Source: Lytechinus pictus (taxonomy: Eukaryota). From it: a stretch of 64,000 nucleotides of DNA. The translations under genes were made by a program, and so were the position numbers. The notes under the pieces are model-generated. The model was not told the DNA's origin. It was given only the letters and a program-made list of their open reading frames with translations, and did not search any database. Location of the stretch: the NCBI RefSeq assembly GCF_037042905.1, contig NC_087251.1, forward strand, positions 38,380,001-38,444,000. Direction: 5' to 3'. This document shows, piece by piece, positions 1-13,321 of the stretch. The stretch's first letter is position 1. Every line of letters begins with the position of its first letter.

Positions 1-184
1 TTACTGCGTATATTGAAAAGTCTCCAATACTGATGTAACGATGATCAACAGCCAATCGAAATCAAGGATTCCATGCAAGTTACCATGGCATAGCAAAGTT
101 AATACCATAACGGTAACTTTCATGCAACGAGCCCAGAACTCCAGTACAAACTATTTGTCTTCATGTCTCTCCTCCCTTACACAG

Positions 185-472
185 AGACACAATGGTGAAC
201 CAGAGGTGAAGGTCTTAGACAATGGACCAATCACCATCAAGCAGGACCACTTTGCTCCTCCGAGGACAAGAGGGGACCAACTCAATGCTCCGCTAGACTT
301 CCCGGCTCCTACCATGAGGTATACTTTGCAAGAGATGACCGTGGTCTGGCATATATATGGAGGTCATGACCTAAGGTCATTAGGGTCAACCAATAATATC
401 TTCAAACCAGGTAGGATTTGGATTTGTATGCTTTATTCATCAATTTATTCATTTATTTATTCATTCATTCAT

Positions 473-507
<35 letters not shown>

Positions 508-3500
508 TTCATTCATTTATTTATTTATTTATTCATTTATTTATTTATTCATTTATTTATTTATTTATTTAATTAACATGTATTTATTCAGTCATTCATT
601 TATGTATTGATTTTTTATTGATAGGGTATTAGATGGGATTCATTAAATAGATAAGGTCTACAATTTGGTCCTTAATTCATTTTGATTCTGATATTTCAGA
701 AATTCATTTCAATTTTGGTTTTTCATTATCTCTTACAGATCTTAAAAGTACCAGCCCAGCACATAGTGGAGAGAAAAGGTGTGGTAAAGTTATAGTTATT
801 AAATATAATAAAAATCAAGAATTTAATATAAATAGTTAATTAGGTATATAAAAATACCTTGTTATCATTTAGTGCAGAATGGAATTATCAAGTATATTCT
901 TTGATTACTTTCTCATGAGCTGCTGTTTATTTTAAATGATACCTGTGACACAGAGATGTAAATGAGTTAAGTGGCACACTCTTCATTAATTTAGATGACA
1001 GTCTACATAACCATGCACGGGTGGATCCAGGATATACCAGGAGGGGCCGAAAAGAAATTGACTGGCAATCAATACCTGCTTCTAAAAACATGCAAGGCTT
1101 TTTATCATTACAGAAAAAAATAGATGAAATTGACTACTTTGGTATTTACTAGTTTGGTGTATTGCATAGAATATTGAGAGGGGGCATCAGATTCCTCCTT
1201 GTATTATAAGGTTTTGAAAAACTATTTTCTATTTCATGTTCAAACCATCATTTTCATCAACGAAATCTTGTACATCTCTGTTATGTAATTTTTTTCATAC
1301 GAAAATCTATTTGTTCCTTTATTGCTAATTTAACTTTATCAGGCCACAGGGAGGGAGTACTAGTAATTCACCTTTTAAGAGACCAGGAGACAAGCCAACT
1401 TGCAACGTAGCTAACATGAGATGGCAGGAGAGAGGAGGGCCAGAGAGGGACCATTCGATTCTTATGGAACTCCAAATGAACAAAGTATGACAAACTCATT
1501 CATATATTTCATTTTGTTCACTTAACTTTATTATAGTAACATAAGTTAATGTGTTTAACTGAAGAATAGACGTTGACATTGATGATATCTTTTTGATTTC
1601 TAGGATTGAGATTTTTAAGACCAAGGTTCTATTCACTTTTGGAATTGAATTGAATTGAATTAACTTTTGAGAATTCACTCCGATAAATATTTATTTTATT
1701 AATTGTCCTTATAATTAAACTTTGTATATGCATAATGGTATCATCTTATTGCTAATGTCTTTCTCTTTTCTCTTGGTATTCAAATGACAGAATGAAATTA
1801 AAATGATCAATGAATGTGATGTGAGTATGCTAAACTCCAGCTTCCTGGCTGTCATATATATGGATTGCTGTTTTTTTTTTTTTTTATTATTATTATTATT
1901 ACGCTGTATGTAATAACCAACTTTTAATCTGATTTACTGTCTCTCCCATCAGGTCCGCTTCCGTCATGAAACCTATCCGTCCGATGCAAAGCAGTCTTCA
2001 AGACAGATTCTTTTGATCAACGACATTGAGGTGCGGGATCGTCTCGCTCAGTCTCAAATTAACAAGTTCTTATATCTCTATTCTTCAGAAGCCAGACCAA
2101 AGAGAACCCATGCAAATATGGTATGCCCTCATCTCTTTCAACTCTTACGGTACTGGTGGCTGCTATAGTGGTCTTTAAATTTTACCAATACCTCATTTTT
2201 AAAAATCTTTATAATCATGAAAATGTGTCAAAGTTCAAGTTTGATTTAGGGATTGGGTATCAGAAAGCAACAAAGCTATTGGTTTTAACAGAAAACTACA
2301 AGGATTATATCCTGAATTTTTCAGCCCATTCCATGTTTGAGAAGTGGTTTCATGTAACGTGGGATGAGTGAGAAGGTTCCATGACATTTGCTCCTACGAC
2401 AGTTGCTCAGTTCTAAATTCCACACACTAATCGAATTACCAGCTTCAACCCTTGGTTTAGCACTACATATATTACTAAACCTAATATGAAACTCTTTTGG
2501 AACCCTAACCATATATCTTAGATGAAATTAAGCCCGGAGCAATTGTCGCAGGAGCAAATGTCGTGTCACCAGTGGGAAAGGGTGATTGCCCCGAGTGTGA
2601 GAGAGCCTGTGAGGTGAATCTATCCACCCTTTTCAAGTAGACAAAACCAGACTTAAAACTTGGACCACTGAATGACCGACTGACTTGATTTTTATTTCTT
2701 GGAACTAGATAAAATTGTGACAAAAACCATTATTTGCATTTAAAATGATTTTGATATCATCTACTAAGATCACTTATACTTCTGTTATTAGGTGCTAGTA
2801 AAGGCTCTTCACATCCGACCTGATCCTCATGTTGACACAGAAGAATGTTGTCTGCGGATCTCTCTTCAACCTCTCAGGTTTAATATCGATCAGGTCAGTT
2901 GATGTGATGATCATTATTTTGAATATTCTTAATGAAATTTGTGAATCCGCCAAACGAGTTGCCCGAGGTCCTCGGATGTTATGCTGATTCTGTTCCTAGC
3001 TATCCAGGAATTCCTTCCTGTCCCAGGGCATTGGCTCCTAGATGCAGAGTAGCAAATATAGATTTTGGCTACATAAGCGGCCTGATTCATAAAGATATGC
3101 TAAATATACCATTATTGTAACTACAATAATAAACTTGATTGTGATTGGCTGCTGAGCACTGTTACCATGGTAGCTGTCATAATAAAAAAGTTACCATAGT
3201 TGTAACCCTGTTGAAATGGGACCCAGGTCTGATGATAATGAAATTTTGCTCAGATGTTAAGACTAGTGTAAAGGATCTCTATGTATGCTAACAGGCTTGG
3301 GCCCCTGGTGATAAGCTCTTAGCTTTTTAAGGGGCCCACACCATATGTATCAATGCTTGATTTAATTGTACACATTGTAAATATATATTTTTATTATTTT
3401 TACACATGAAGGTGGAATGAAATGAAATGCTGGCCTGATGCATGGCAGTCAAATACTCTAGCAGGAAGCGTCAAATTGACCCCCCATTTCCCAATCCCGG

Positions 3501-6500
3501 GTGTAGGGTTAAAGCTGTACAATTGTCTTGATATGTAAAGAATCGCAAAGAAATCTCAATCTTATTTGGTGCTATGAGCTGCAGTTTTCTATATGGTGTG
3601 GACCAACATATTTAATATTCACAATTTGCATTACTTAATTTGCCTGTCTTCAAATGCCATACACGAGCACGCCAGGGCCCCATAGCACAAAGATTAGCGA
3701 TTAATCGCTAATTTGAAATTCGGATTGTTTCCTAGTCAGTCTACTTAGCAAAATTTGCATGCAATGATGATCTTGATAGGCCATCTCATTTAGCGATTAA
3801 TCGCTAACCTTGTGCTACGGGACCAAGGGTCCCGTTTCGTAAAGACTTGTTATAATAACAAATGCATGATTTCTATAATGAGTTAACTTTCAGCCAATCA
3901 GATTGAAGGATATCAGTAGCTTTTTAACCGTTATTGCAAATTGGTAATTATATCAAGTTATATCAGATGGGCCCTAGATTAAAATGTATTTGTATTTTCT
4001 TGACAGGATGCATTGTTTTTCTTGAGAGATTTCTTCACAGAGGTATCGTCTGAAGCTACTTATGTTCCCAGTCCCGGTAAGTTCTAGCATATCTTTTTTA
4101 CAAAAGCACAGTTCAATATCGTAGTGCAATGTATCGAACAATATGAATTTTTTTTTCGTTACTCTATAGACGAACATAATATTGACTGGCTTTGAGGGAG
4201 ATACCATATATATTTCCAAAAGGGAGACGTTATCACTCAACTGAGGAAAATATTTGTTTGCCATCTCCTGAAAATTAATGCCTTTCAATATTATTGTTAC
4301 TACCTACACCTGTATAATTGTAATTATTGTAATTCGAGCTTTTTTTTGTAGCAATTTATATGCATGTTTGCTTGTCATTACTTTTACTCCTTTTGAGTTT
4401 TTTTTTTATCTGCATTGTTTTATATGATGAGCTTGAGGAACAATTATTGTATAACATGAGTAAGGAGGAAAAAACATATGAAACGTGTTATTTTCTTTTT
4501 GTAATGCAGATGCCATCCTTAAAATGACTTTTTGGAATCCTTTCTTCATATTATGTTTTTACTCACTCATACATGAATGAGGAATCATTTAAGTAATGTA
4601 AGATGGAAGAGGAGACTGTAAGCTTTACAATGACATCTCATTTCTCAATTATATTTTTGATAATGTGGTAAATCATTGATGATTCTATGTTTTTGCGATA
4701 TGCTTATGCACTGCATATTCTTTCATAAATCCTGTAGCTGTATTTTGGGGTTTTGTATCAATATTTTACTGTTATTTCATGAATATTATTGTGTTTTTGT
4801 GTTCAGATCACAAGCCTAGTAAATCCCCAACAGACAAGAAGGCCCACAAGGTGAGGATAGCTGATGCCCCGCCCCAAATCATTCCAAATCAACCCGTCCA
4901 ATCAGATCATCCCATTAGTAACCAAGCAACCAGTGAGAAGATCAAAGTATTAAGTTCGCCTGCTCAGCCTGTCTTCTTCAAGTAAGTCATCATATCTCTG
5001 CTTTTTTAAAGAATAAATGATTTGATTGAGACCTTATTTTTTAAAACTTTTGTATATCTCTCGATTTTATGAATTAACAGTCAGATATAGACCATTTGCA
5101 TGCAGTGTTTATGAATTGGACTCATTATTTGTCAAGAAAATGTTTTATGTGCTGATGTCAATGTCGATAGCTATTGCTCCCAATACATTTATTACCCGAT
5201 ATTCTATAGTATCACACCTGTTACTTTTCCCAGATTAAATTATGACATTCTGTAATGTAAGGAAGAATGTGAACACCAAACTCTGCTAAACTTATCCTGA
5301 AGAAAGATTTTAAGATTCAAATGTGGACCCATTTTGCTTATCAGTTTGTGATCATTTATCTGAAGTATGAAATATTGGTTTCAGAAAAAAAAAACATCTT
5401 AATACCTCTTGGCTTGAGGTCTTTTACTGGCCTTACTTACACTAACTTCCCTTTGTGTCTGCCTACTCCTTTTCTTTCATCCCCTTCACTAACCTGATTG
5501 GTCTTCTCTACTCACTAATGCCCCTTTTGTCTCCTTGTTTCTAGTGTTGCTGTAGCTTGTCTGTGGTCTATATTATGGTTGTTCCACTTCATATGTTTGT
5601 CATTTTGCCTCCGACGAAGATTCTGCTAGGATCGAAAGCTTAGGCCCCTTTTGACTTTCTAAAAAAAACCTAATGTAAGCTTAAGTAGCCTATCATTTTA
5701 CATTGTGGAGTATCACACTTTGGTTCAGTAAATCATGTGTTAATTTCATTATTTGTTTATATTTCTTCTGTGTACTTTCAAGGTCTTTTGTATTCTCTCC
5801 TGATGTTCTCATCAAGTTGGATTATGAAGGAAAACGTGTTGATATGGATCAAGTAAGTACCTCACCTCATCATTATAATTATATTGGTGACCCTGTTTCA
5901 CAAAACTTTATCATCAATGGAAAGTAACAAGCTACTAGTATAAGTACCAGGGTTCCCAGCCCATCAGGGAAATCAGGGAAAATTATTTTACTTTTTTCCA
6001 GTCAGGGAAAAATCAGGGAATTCGATAAAAAATACTTAAAATCAGGGAAAAATTACTCTAATGAGAGAAAAATCATGGAATTTTGATTAGCCTAAAAGTC
6101 GAAAGCACAGAAGTCAGTCAGACTCTGTTATTTTTTTTGCATATCAAAACAACATCCATTAACTCTTACTCTGCCAGGCTCAATACCCCTCTACTGCCAG
6201 GGATATTCGAGGGAATCCTAAATTGACCGAAACGTGAGCAGCGACTGATTTTAAAACGGTCATAATTCTTTACCCGTACGTTGTATAAGAAAACCTTCTA
6301 CACATGAAATGATGCATGGTTCATGGGCTTTATGGTCGTGTTATTATCTTTCATATTCGCGTCTGGAAAAATGGAGAAAAGATGTAATATTTTACATCGT
6401 TTTTTTTTTCAATAAGTAAAACCTAGAAAATTATGATTTCATAAACATTTTAAAGAGTAAATAACCTGAGGAATTGTAGAGATACCAAGAAATTAAGAAG

Positions 6501-9500
6501 ATAAAATGAAAGTTCAATGTTTACCCTTTCAAATGACGTATCTATTGATGAAATTGAACAAACAGAAATAACGAAAAATAATGCTCTTTTGAATGAAATA
6601 CTATTTTGCTATTCAAGTTATTTCCTCTGAAGTATGAGAGAGTATGTTTATACACACGCAATTGAAAGCGACCTTTTCCAAAAAAGGGCATTGTCGTCGA
6701 TCAAGTGACCAATCACAGCACAGCTGCGATCCCCACGCAAACACACACAATAATATATTAGAGCCATGTATCTTCAAAGTGCGGCCAACCGTACCCTTTC
6801 ATTCGTGTAGTCTTCAAAATAAGACTCTGTAATTTTTTTTTATTCGTAGTGTAACAAACAAAGTTAGAAGGAGACAAAATGTAAAAGAACTAAAGATGAT
6901 ATATTGAAATATAGATAAAGAGGGGTCGGACAGATTCAATACTTACAAGTTTGGGGTATAAAATCCCACAAAATAATACGGGCGTTCTTGGCAAAGTGCA
7001 CAGAAGTAAGAAAAAAAAATAGTTTTCGTGAATCAAAGAAGAGGGAATGCAGATCAATTACAAACAAAAAAAGTCAATACAAATTTTCAAAAAGAAAATA
7101 GGCCTATTTGTTCTGTATTACTGGTCTGACCAAAGTAGCCACCCGTTAACATTCTACGCGACTACATCCTTTTGTTCATGCCACCAAGTCATGAACAATA
7201 GATGCCCAGACTCTCTTTCATGAGGAATCTCTAATCCGCGCTCCCTCCTGACCTATTATCTACATGATCTAGGAGAGTAATTTAGCACAGGATGTTCATA
7301 GAAATCGGGGCTTACGCGCGTCTTTTGATTTGACTTTTGAATACTTTCAAAGGTTCCGGTATTGATTTCTTATGGGGGACCCAGGTAAAGAGAAAACAAT
7401 TTGCCCCCTACAGAAAAATCCTGCATCCGCCCAGGGCCTCCCCAGCTTGTAGCACTATCCGTGGTAAAAGAAATAATTTGTTCAGATAACATAGTGTACA
7501 ATAATATGCGTGGTATAAAGAAATGTAATATTCAACCCGTTATCACCGTTATCATTTTCATTTCTACTCTCTAAAGTCGTTTTAAAATCCCCTTGATAGT
7601 GACGTCAATGATGCAGCAACTAACAGGTCGGTCTGATCGGTTTTGTTAATGTATCCCTTTCTTTCTTTTCCTCAAAACATCTGATATTACTGTGTATACT
7701 CCGTTTACTTTTTCTCTGAACAATGGTTTGATTTAGCAAAGGAAAAACATCCACCTTGAAAAAAATAAATCTTGAGACGAATAAAGCGATATTATCGGCC
7801 GTTTTAATCATCACATTTTTTTTTTGCTTCTTCCTATTTTATTAGAGGAGAATATTGAACGATCCATATTTTTGTGAGAAGTTTAAATATGATATTGATA
7901 AGCATAACAAAGTCAGTTATTCATTTTTTTTAAATGGTTTGGGCTATAAAAACACAAACGAATATGAACCGTTATTTACCTGATCTTAAGTTTATGAAGA
8001 GAGAGTTTGGCTGCAGAAGGAATGCCATTGTTATGATTACAACAATTATTTTTGAATAATAATCACAATGATGATGATGATGATTCTGATGGCAATAACA
8101 TTAATACTAATAAGAGAAAGGTGAAGGAGAAGAATAATGATAATAATGATAATAATAATAACAATAACAATAATTATAATAATGATTACGATAATATTAA
8201 TACTAATAATGATAATAATAATATCAATAATAAATGAATTAATAAATAATGAGTGTGATGATTGCAGTGCGACGAGAGTTGGAAATGACAGCCTTCTTTA
8301 CTCATATATTTATAACGAGAACAATTTTGTGAGAATGCTAAAAAAACAAAGTATAAGACCTCCCCCCCCCCCCTCCCCCAAACCTTGCACATTTGCAGGC
8401 AGAAAAAAGCCTTGACACAAGAATACTACCATACCGGCCTGCAAAAGACCCGATCGATAGCTCATGAATATTCATAAAAAAATAGCGAATGGGCGAGTAG
8501 CGTTGGGTGAGAGACATCGTACCGCTCTGTCATTGGTCAATTCCGAGCTGAATGCCTTCGCACACTCGCCTTTGCTCTGCCCATAGAAGTACGTGTATTG
8601 GTACACACAACCTTTATATCACACGTGTCTATAGGGGAAATCTTGATTCAGATCGCGGCAATATCCGAAATCAACTCTTCAAAATAATGATGCAAAAATG
8701 CCATTTTACTCAAAAAATGCCTATGTAAACCACTATTATTTATATGACAAAATCGATTGTGAATTCCTTGCCAATATAACTACATAAAAAACACAGAATA
8801 TGGTGTTGATTTTCTGGCTGTAAAATTGGTTAAACAAAAAAAAGTTACTTGGGCAACTATAGCTGCCAATGGCACTAGAGGCCTATGGGCAACTATAGCT
8901 GCCAACGGCTCTTAAAGAGTTAAATGACTGGTTATGGTGGTACTAATTAGTTTTACACTATTGCTTTCATACTGAAAATACATGTAATTCACTGCAACAA
9001 CTTAGAAAACATGCGAAACTGGGAATGGGTTTAAATAATTATCAGGGAATTGTTAAACTTCATCAGGGAAAAACCAGGGAATTTTGTGTTCTTTAAAAGC
9101 TGGGAACCCTAAAGTATTTAAAACTTTGCTAGGTAATTGACCTAGTGCAATTTGGTATTGTTTTTCTAGCTGTTAATTCTGGAATAATGAATAACATTTT
9201 AATTCTCTTTTCAATATTTTCATGATAATGTTTTAATTTGTTGATCTCTTTAGGGTACATTCCTAGGTCTTCTGGTTGGTTTAGGTCAACTTAACCATTC
9301 TGAACTGACTCTGAAGAGACTACATCATAGACATGGGTAAGAACATCATGCCATTCAAATATGGTGTCATGATTTATATATGCATGCTTTTTTTATGTTA
9401 TTCATCCTCAAACTGCCAGAAGCATGTATAGTTGCATGCTCAATCATGCATTCTTAAGACCCATCTAAAGCTTTGTTAAATGGACTAAGTTGAATTATAC

Positions 9501-10890
9501 ATGAGTATCATCTTACATACATGTATCAATCTGACAATAGTTTAGTGGCCATTGAATCCTTTTCAACTGTCCATTCTCTGTGATATTTATTCATATCTTA
9601 AGGCACTGTCACATCGTTCCGTGCAAGCCTTGCGGGTGATTTGCAGGTTATTGCTCGCAATTCATCCACAGCAGAGTTATGAGCATGTTCAGAACTTTTT
9701 TGCATGCAAATCAGACTAGCATGCGCTTCTGTGGGTAACTGCGTGTGAGATACATGTAAGATAGTGTCAATGCGCGCGACCTGCGGTTAGCAAAAATAGT
9801 TACCCGTAAGTCACACGCAAGGCTTGCATGGAACGATGTGACAATAATATTTTTATTTGCCAGTACCACTTTTTACCTCATCGCTTTTTGTAAGAGGTGT
9901 AAAGTTTGAATCATTAGTGTTAAAAGAGAAAACAATCAATACCATTGTTTATCATTTTTTAGAGCAACTCCTCCAGTCATGGGTAAACAAAATATATATT
10001 CTGCAATTTACATTCAACTGCTCTGTAAATAGTTTAAAGGAAGTGTTTTATGTTATTTTCAATTTTAATATACCATAAATGGATGTTCATTATTAAACCA
10101 ATTTGTAATGTGGACATTTAACTGTTGAAGGATGAGTCTATTAGATGCTAGCTGAGGTAAAAAAACAGAAGTTATTACCATATTGAATCCCCCTTTTATA
10201 CTGGATAAATGCATTGGAATGTGTTGTTATCTGTGTTGTTGTTATTATGATAATGCTCCTGATTTTATGTGAAAACCAGGTTTTACTCCAAATTTATGTA
10301 TGAATAAATATCAAACCAAATTACAACTTTAAATTGTCTGTCATAGTAAGAGTTGATAAATCAGGGTAACATTATTCATCCTCTCACTCAATTTATGTGG
10401 AATCTGTCTTTTTTTATACTCTTAACAGGTTGCTTGGTGTTGATAGATTAATTTTGTTTGCATTGAATGAATGGGTACAAGACATCAAGAAATCCCAGTT
10501 ACCCAGAGTGTTAGGAGGTGTAGGGCCAATGCATTCATTCGTTCAACTCTGTAAGTATATCTGCATTATTTGGTGAAACACTACTTTATCTTGCAAGTTT
10601 ATTCTGTTATATCGATTGAAGCCTCGTGGTCGAGTGGGTTTGACTCTTGCCTTGAAATCAGAGGGTCGTGGGTTGGAATCTGAGCCATGGCATTTCTCTT
10701 GCTGAGCAAGAAATTAATCCACAATGTGCTGCACATAAATTGGTTCCAGCAGGAATGAGTTCCTCAAAAAGTTATGATCACTGAAATTAGCATCTTAGCT
10801 TCACTAGGGTAATATATAAAAGCAGCTTTAAGCACCCAACAAGTTGAATACTTAAAAAATGTAAATATGAATACCATATTATTATTATTG

Positions 10891-10921
<31 letters not shown>

Positions 10922-13321
10922 CATCATCATCATTACTTCTACTACTATATCTGAAGAAGAAAAAAAGAATTAGGGTCAGGACCTTGGTCATATTCCATAA
11001 AAGTCCCATTGAGCAGTACAAGAGGGATGGTCGCTCGGTACATCCACTGCCATGGCTGTTGTTAAACCAACTAGACTTTCATTAATTTTTTTTTTTTTTT
11101 TTTCAGTCCAAGGCATGTTTGACCTGGTAAGGTTACCTGTCGAGCAGTACAAGAGAGATGGTCGCCTTGTGCGAGGTATCCAGAGAGGCGCCAACTCATT
11201 CGGTACATCCACTGCCATGGCTGTCGTAGAACTGACCAACCGGTTCGTCAAGCTCCTTCAGGTATGTCATTAATCACTGACTGTTGTTATAAGCTACTGA
11301 AATCCTTGCATCTGATTGGCTGAGAGCAAACTAGTCAATGAAAATCACAGACAAGAGACTTCCTGAAAAGCTCCCCTGTATTTACAATTTTTTCACCATT
11401 TTTTTTTGGGTAGTTCATGCTGTATTTTTCTTTATTTTATATTTTCAGTCATGCATATTTGTCATGTTTAAAATAAATCAGCAGTTTTAGTCCTCAAATG
11501 CCTCTGTACTATGGGGTAAAATTAATGTTATTTGTGCTTGTAATTTGGGGCAAAAATGTTGATCATTACTAGTCATTAATATTGACTTTATAACACATTA
11601 AACTAAAGGGTTCTCAAGGGAAAAGGAATAATATTAGTTTAACTTCCTTGTAATTCAAGAAAAAAATGTTTTTCATGACTGGTTATGAGTATTGCCCCAT
11701 TTTATGCATGAACGTCTTTTAAATATTTTATTAAATGACTCATTACATTGTGAATGTTTTGTTATGTATACTTTGAAATAGAAAGGATCAATAACAACAT
11801 TAAAAAAGGGATATTGAATATGTAAGATATCAAATTTATAGATTCGCTTACTGGACATGCATCACATGATGATAATATGGTCATGTTATTTCTGTAAAAT
11901 GGTGGCTGAGTGGTAGAGGCCACATGTTCGATCCTTGGCTGAGTCCTATTAAAGACTTCAAAAAGGACCTTCTGCCTTCTTGTTAGGCACTCTATTAGAA
12001 TAAAGAAATGCTGATAAAAACATTTTTATGATATGTAGCTTCATAAGATCTGAAGTGGTTATCCTGCGTAAATAAGAATTATTATTATCATTAATGTTTC
12101 ATTTTGTTTGTAATTTTGTTGATAGTGAAATCCAATCTATCCAATTGCAGCCTGCTTCAAGAAGCATTATGTTGATTTAGACTATAGAAAAAAAAGGACA
12201 TATTTGTTGCTTCTTGTTTTACAGGTTGCTGCTGAGACAGCCTATGATGTAGTGTCCCCTGGACCCAGTGTGTCTAGTCGAGCTATCACGTATGGTCCAT
12301 TCGGTCAGCAGAGATTAGCTAGACAACCAGCTGATTTTAGAGAAGGAATGGCTAATGCCATCAACGTGGTCAGAGAGGTACGGATAATTGCATTTTATTG
12401 TTTTTTATCTTTTTTTTTGCTTCAAAATCTGGATCATTTACATAGAAATGCTGTAAATTCTAAAAATAATATTCAGGTCATAACATGTTATTTAACATCA
12501 CCTTATGCTTTGAAAGGGCCTCAGCATATTATTGTCCTGGCATTAGCCAGGCTAGCCCTAATACAGCGCACATGCATTTCAAGGAATGTTTTCCTACCAG
12601 GTGGAGATAAGACCAACTGGACATAAGACTGAGTGGGTTTTAGACCAAGTGTAGTGTAGACTAAAGACCAATTAGACCCGATGACCCAAAGTCACAAAGA
12701 TGGTTTCCATTGTACCATGTTACAAAACCATGGACTATGCAGGTTTCGTGTACATAATTATGTGAATTTCATAGAATGCAATTGAAATTGTCCAGTTATA
12801 AAAGCTTTTGGTGTAAGGTACTTAATTCATGCACGGATGAAGCGTGTAGTACAAGAAGCGCAATTGAAGCGACCCTATTGAATTCAGACCATTGGGTTTT
12901 AGCCCATGTGCTATTAGCCTTATCTGTGAAGTAGATCAACTGACCATGTTATTTTAAACCAATGTGGTATTAGACTACTAGTATCTCAGAAATAGACCGA
13001 GTGAATATGATCTGATGTGGTATTAGACTAACTGAGAAATAAACCAACTGTTTGTAGATCAAGTGAATATAAACCATTTCCTCATTTCAGGGGTTGGGCG
13101 ATACGGCCACAGCCATCATGCAAACAGCATTGGAAGAGCACGAACACAAGGGCGTGTCCGGAGCAGTTGGGGGCATCCTGCGACAGATACCCCCCTCGGT
13201 CATACGCCCCCTCATCCTGGCAACAGAAGCAACGTCCAGCGTCCTGGGCGGGGTCAGGAATCAGATGTTACCTGATGCTCGGAAGGAGGATGCAGAGAAG
13301 TGGAGGTCAAAGGCAAAGTGA
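185..13321 (+). CDS. ATG2: Autophagy-related protein 2 (ATG2A/B-like), 3' part; 13 exons: 185-410, 739-778, 1343-1484, 1953-2120, 2792-2893, 4007-4076, 4807-4981, 5783-5852, 9254-9336, 10429-10550, 11107-11261, 12225-12377, 13091-13321 (5' exons lie upstream of the window)
   Basis: All introns are GT-AG with consistent phases (1737 nt, 578 aa + TGA). The spliced translation contains motifs I recognise from the ATG2 C-terminus: DIEVRDRLAQSQINKFLYLY, EECCLRISLQPLRFNIDQDALFFLRDFF, LDYEGKRVDMDQ, LGGVGPMHSFVQL, LPVEQYKRDGRLVRGIQRGANSFGTSTAMA, QPADFREG, LRQIPPSVIRPLILATEATSSVLGGVRNQMLPD. Confidence 0.96.
432..610. repeat. (ATTT/ATTC)n microsatellite
   Basis: Directly visible; a similar run lies at about 61950-62075. 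Confidence 0.9.
2375..2570. mobile_element. MITE with GG termini (Merlin-like)
   Basis: TIRs GGTTCCATGACATTTGCTCC / GGAGCAAATGTCGTGTCACC; 8-bp TSD AGTGAGAA / AGTGGGAA. Confidence 0.7.
3674..3974. mobile_element. Two abutting foldback MITEs with GGGCCC-type termini (Harbinger-like)
   Basis: Inverted arms TAGCACAAAGATTAGCGATTAATCGC / GCGATTAATCGCTAACCTTGTGCTA, then a second element at 3827-3974. Relatives of the first occur at about 47178-47310 and 51435-51565. Confidence 0.65.
5400..5660 (+). mobile_element. Probable Penelope-like retroelement 3'/pLTR remnant
   Basis: Pyrimidine-rich tract ending in the hammerhead-like motif; no ORF remains. Confidence 0.45.
5607..5645 (+). ncRNA. Minimal type I hammerhead-ribozyme-like motif (Penelope-type)
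   Basis: GCCT-CCGACGA-A-GATTCT-GCT-AGGATC-GAAA-GC-TT-AGGC gives stem I GCCT/AGGC, stem II GATTCT/AGGATC, core C(C)GACGA...GAAA, and palindromic AAGCTT in place of stem III. Confidence 0.55.
5948..9111. mobile_element. Non-autonomous DNA transposon with CAGGGTTCCCAGC TIRs, interrupted by a piggyBac-like element
   Basis: CAGGGTTCCCAGC ... GCTGGGAACCCTA, with repeated TCAGGGAA subterminal motifs at both ends; flanks AAGTAC / AAGTAT. Confidence 0.7.
6163..8919. mobile_element. piggyBac-like non-autonomous element (about 2.76 kb)
   Basis: TTAA|CTCTT ... AAGAG|TTAA. A near-palindromic subterminal repeat GGGCAACTATAGCTGCCAA is duplicated at the right end. No transposase ORF. Confidence 0.7.
9605..9845. 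mobile_element. Foldback MITE
   Basis: Arms TGTCACATCGTTCCGTGCAAGCCTTGCG / CGCAAGGCTTGCATGGAACGATGTGACA. Confidence 0.65.
10621..10930 (+). mobile_element. tRNA-derived SINE
   Basis: A-box-like GTGGTCGAGTGG, B-box-like GGTTGGAATC, body similar to the 27127 copy, and an (ATT)n/(TCA)n tail. Confidence 0.7.
11901..12092 (+). mobile_element. Degenerate tRNA-derived SINE
   Basis: GGTGGCTGAGTGGTAGAG and GTTCGATCC boxes, with an ATT tail. Confidence 0.55.

Noticed and set aside
2940..3050. GC-balanced patch in an ATG2 intron, vaguely like a LINE 3' end on the - strand
   Set aside because: Too short and degenerate to classify.
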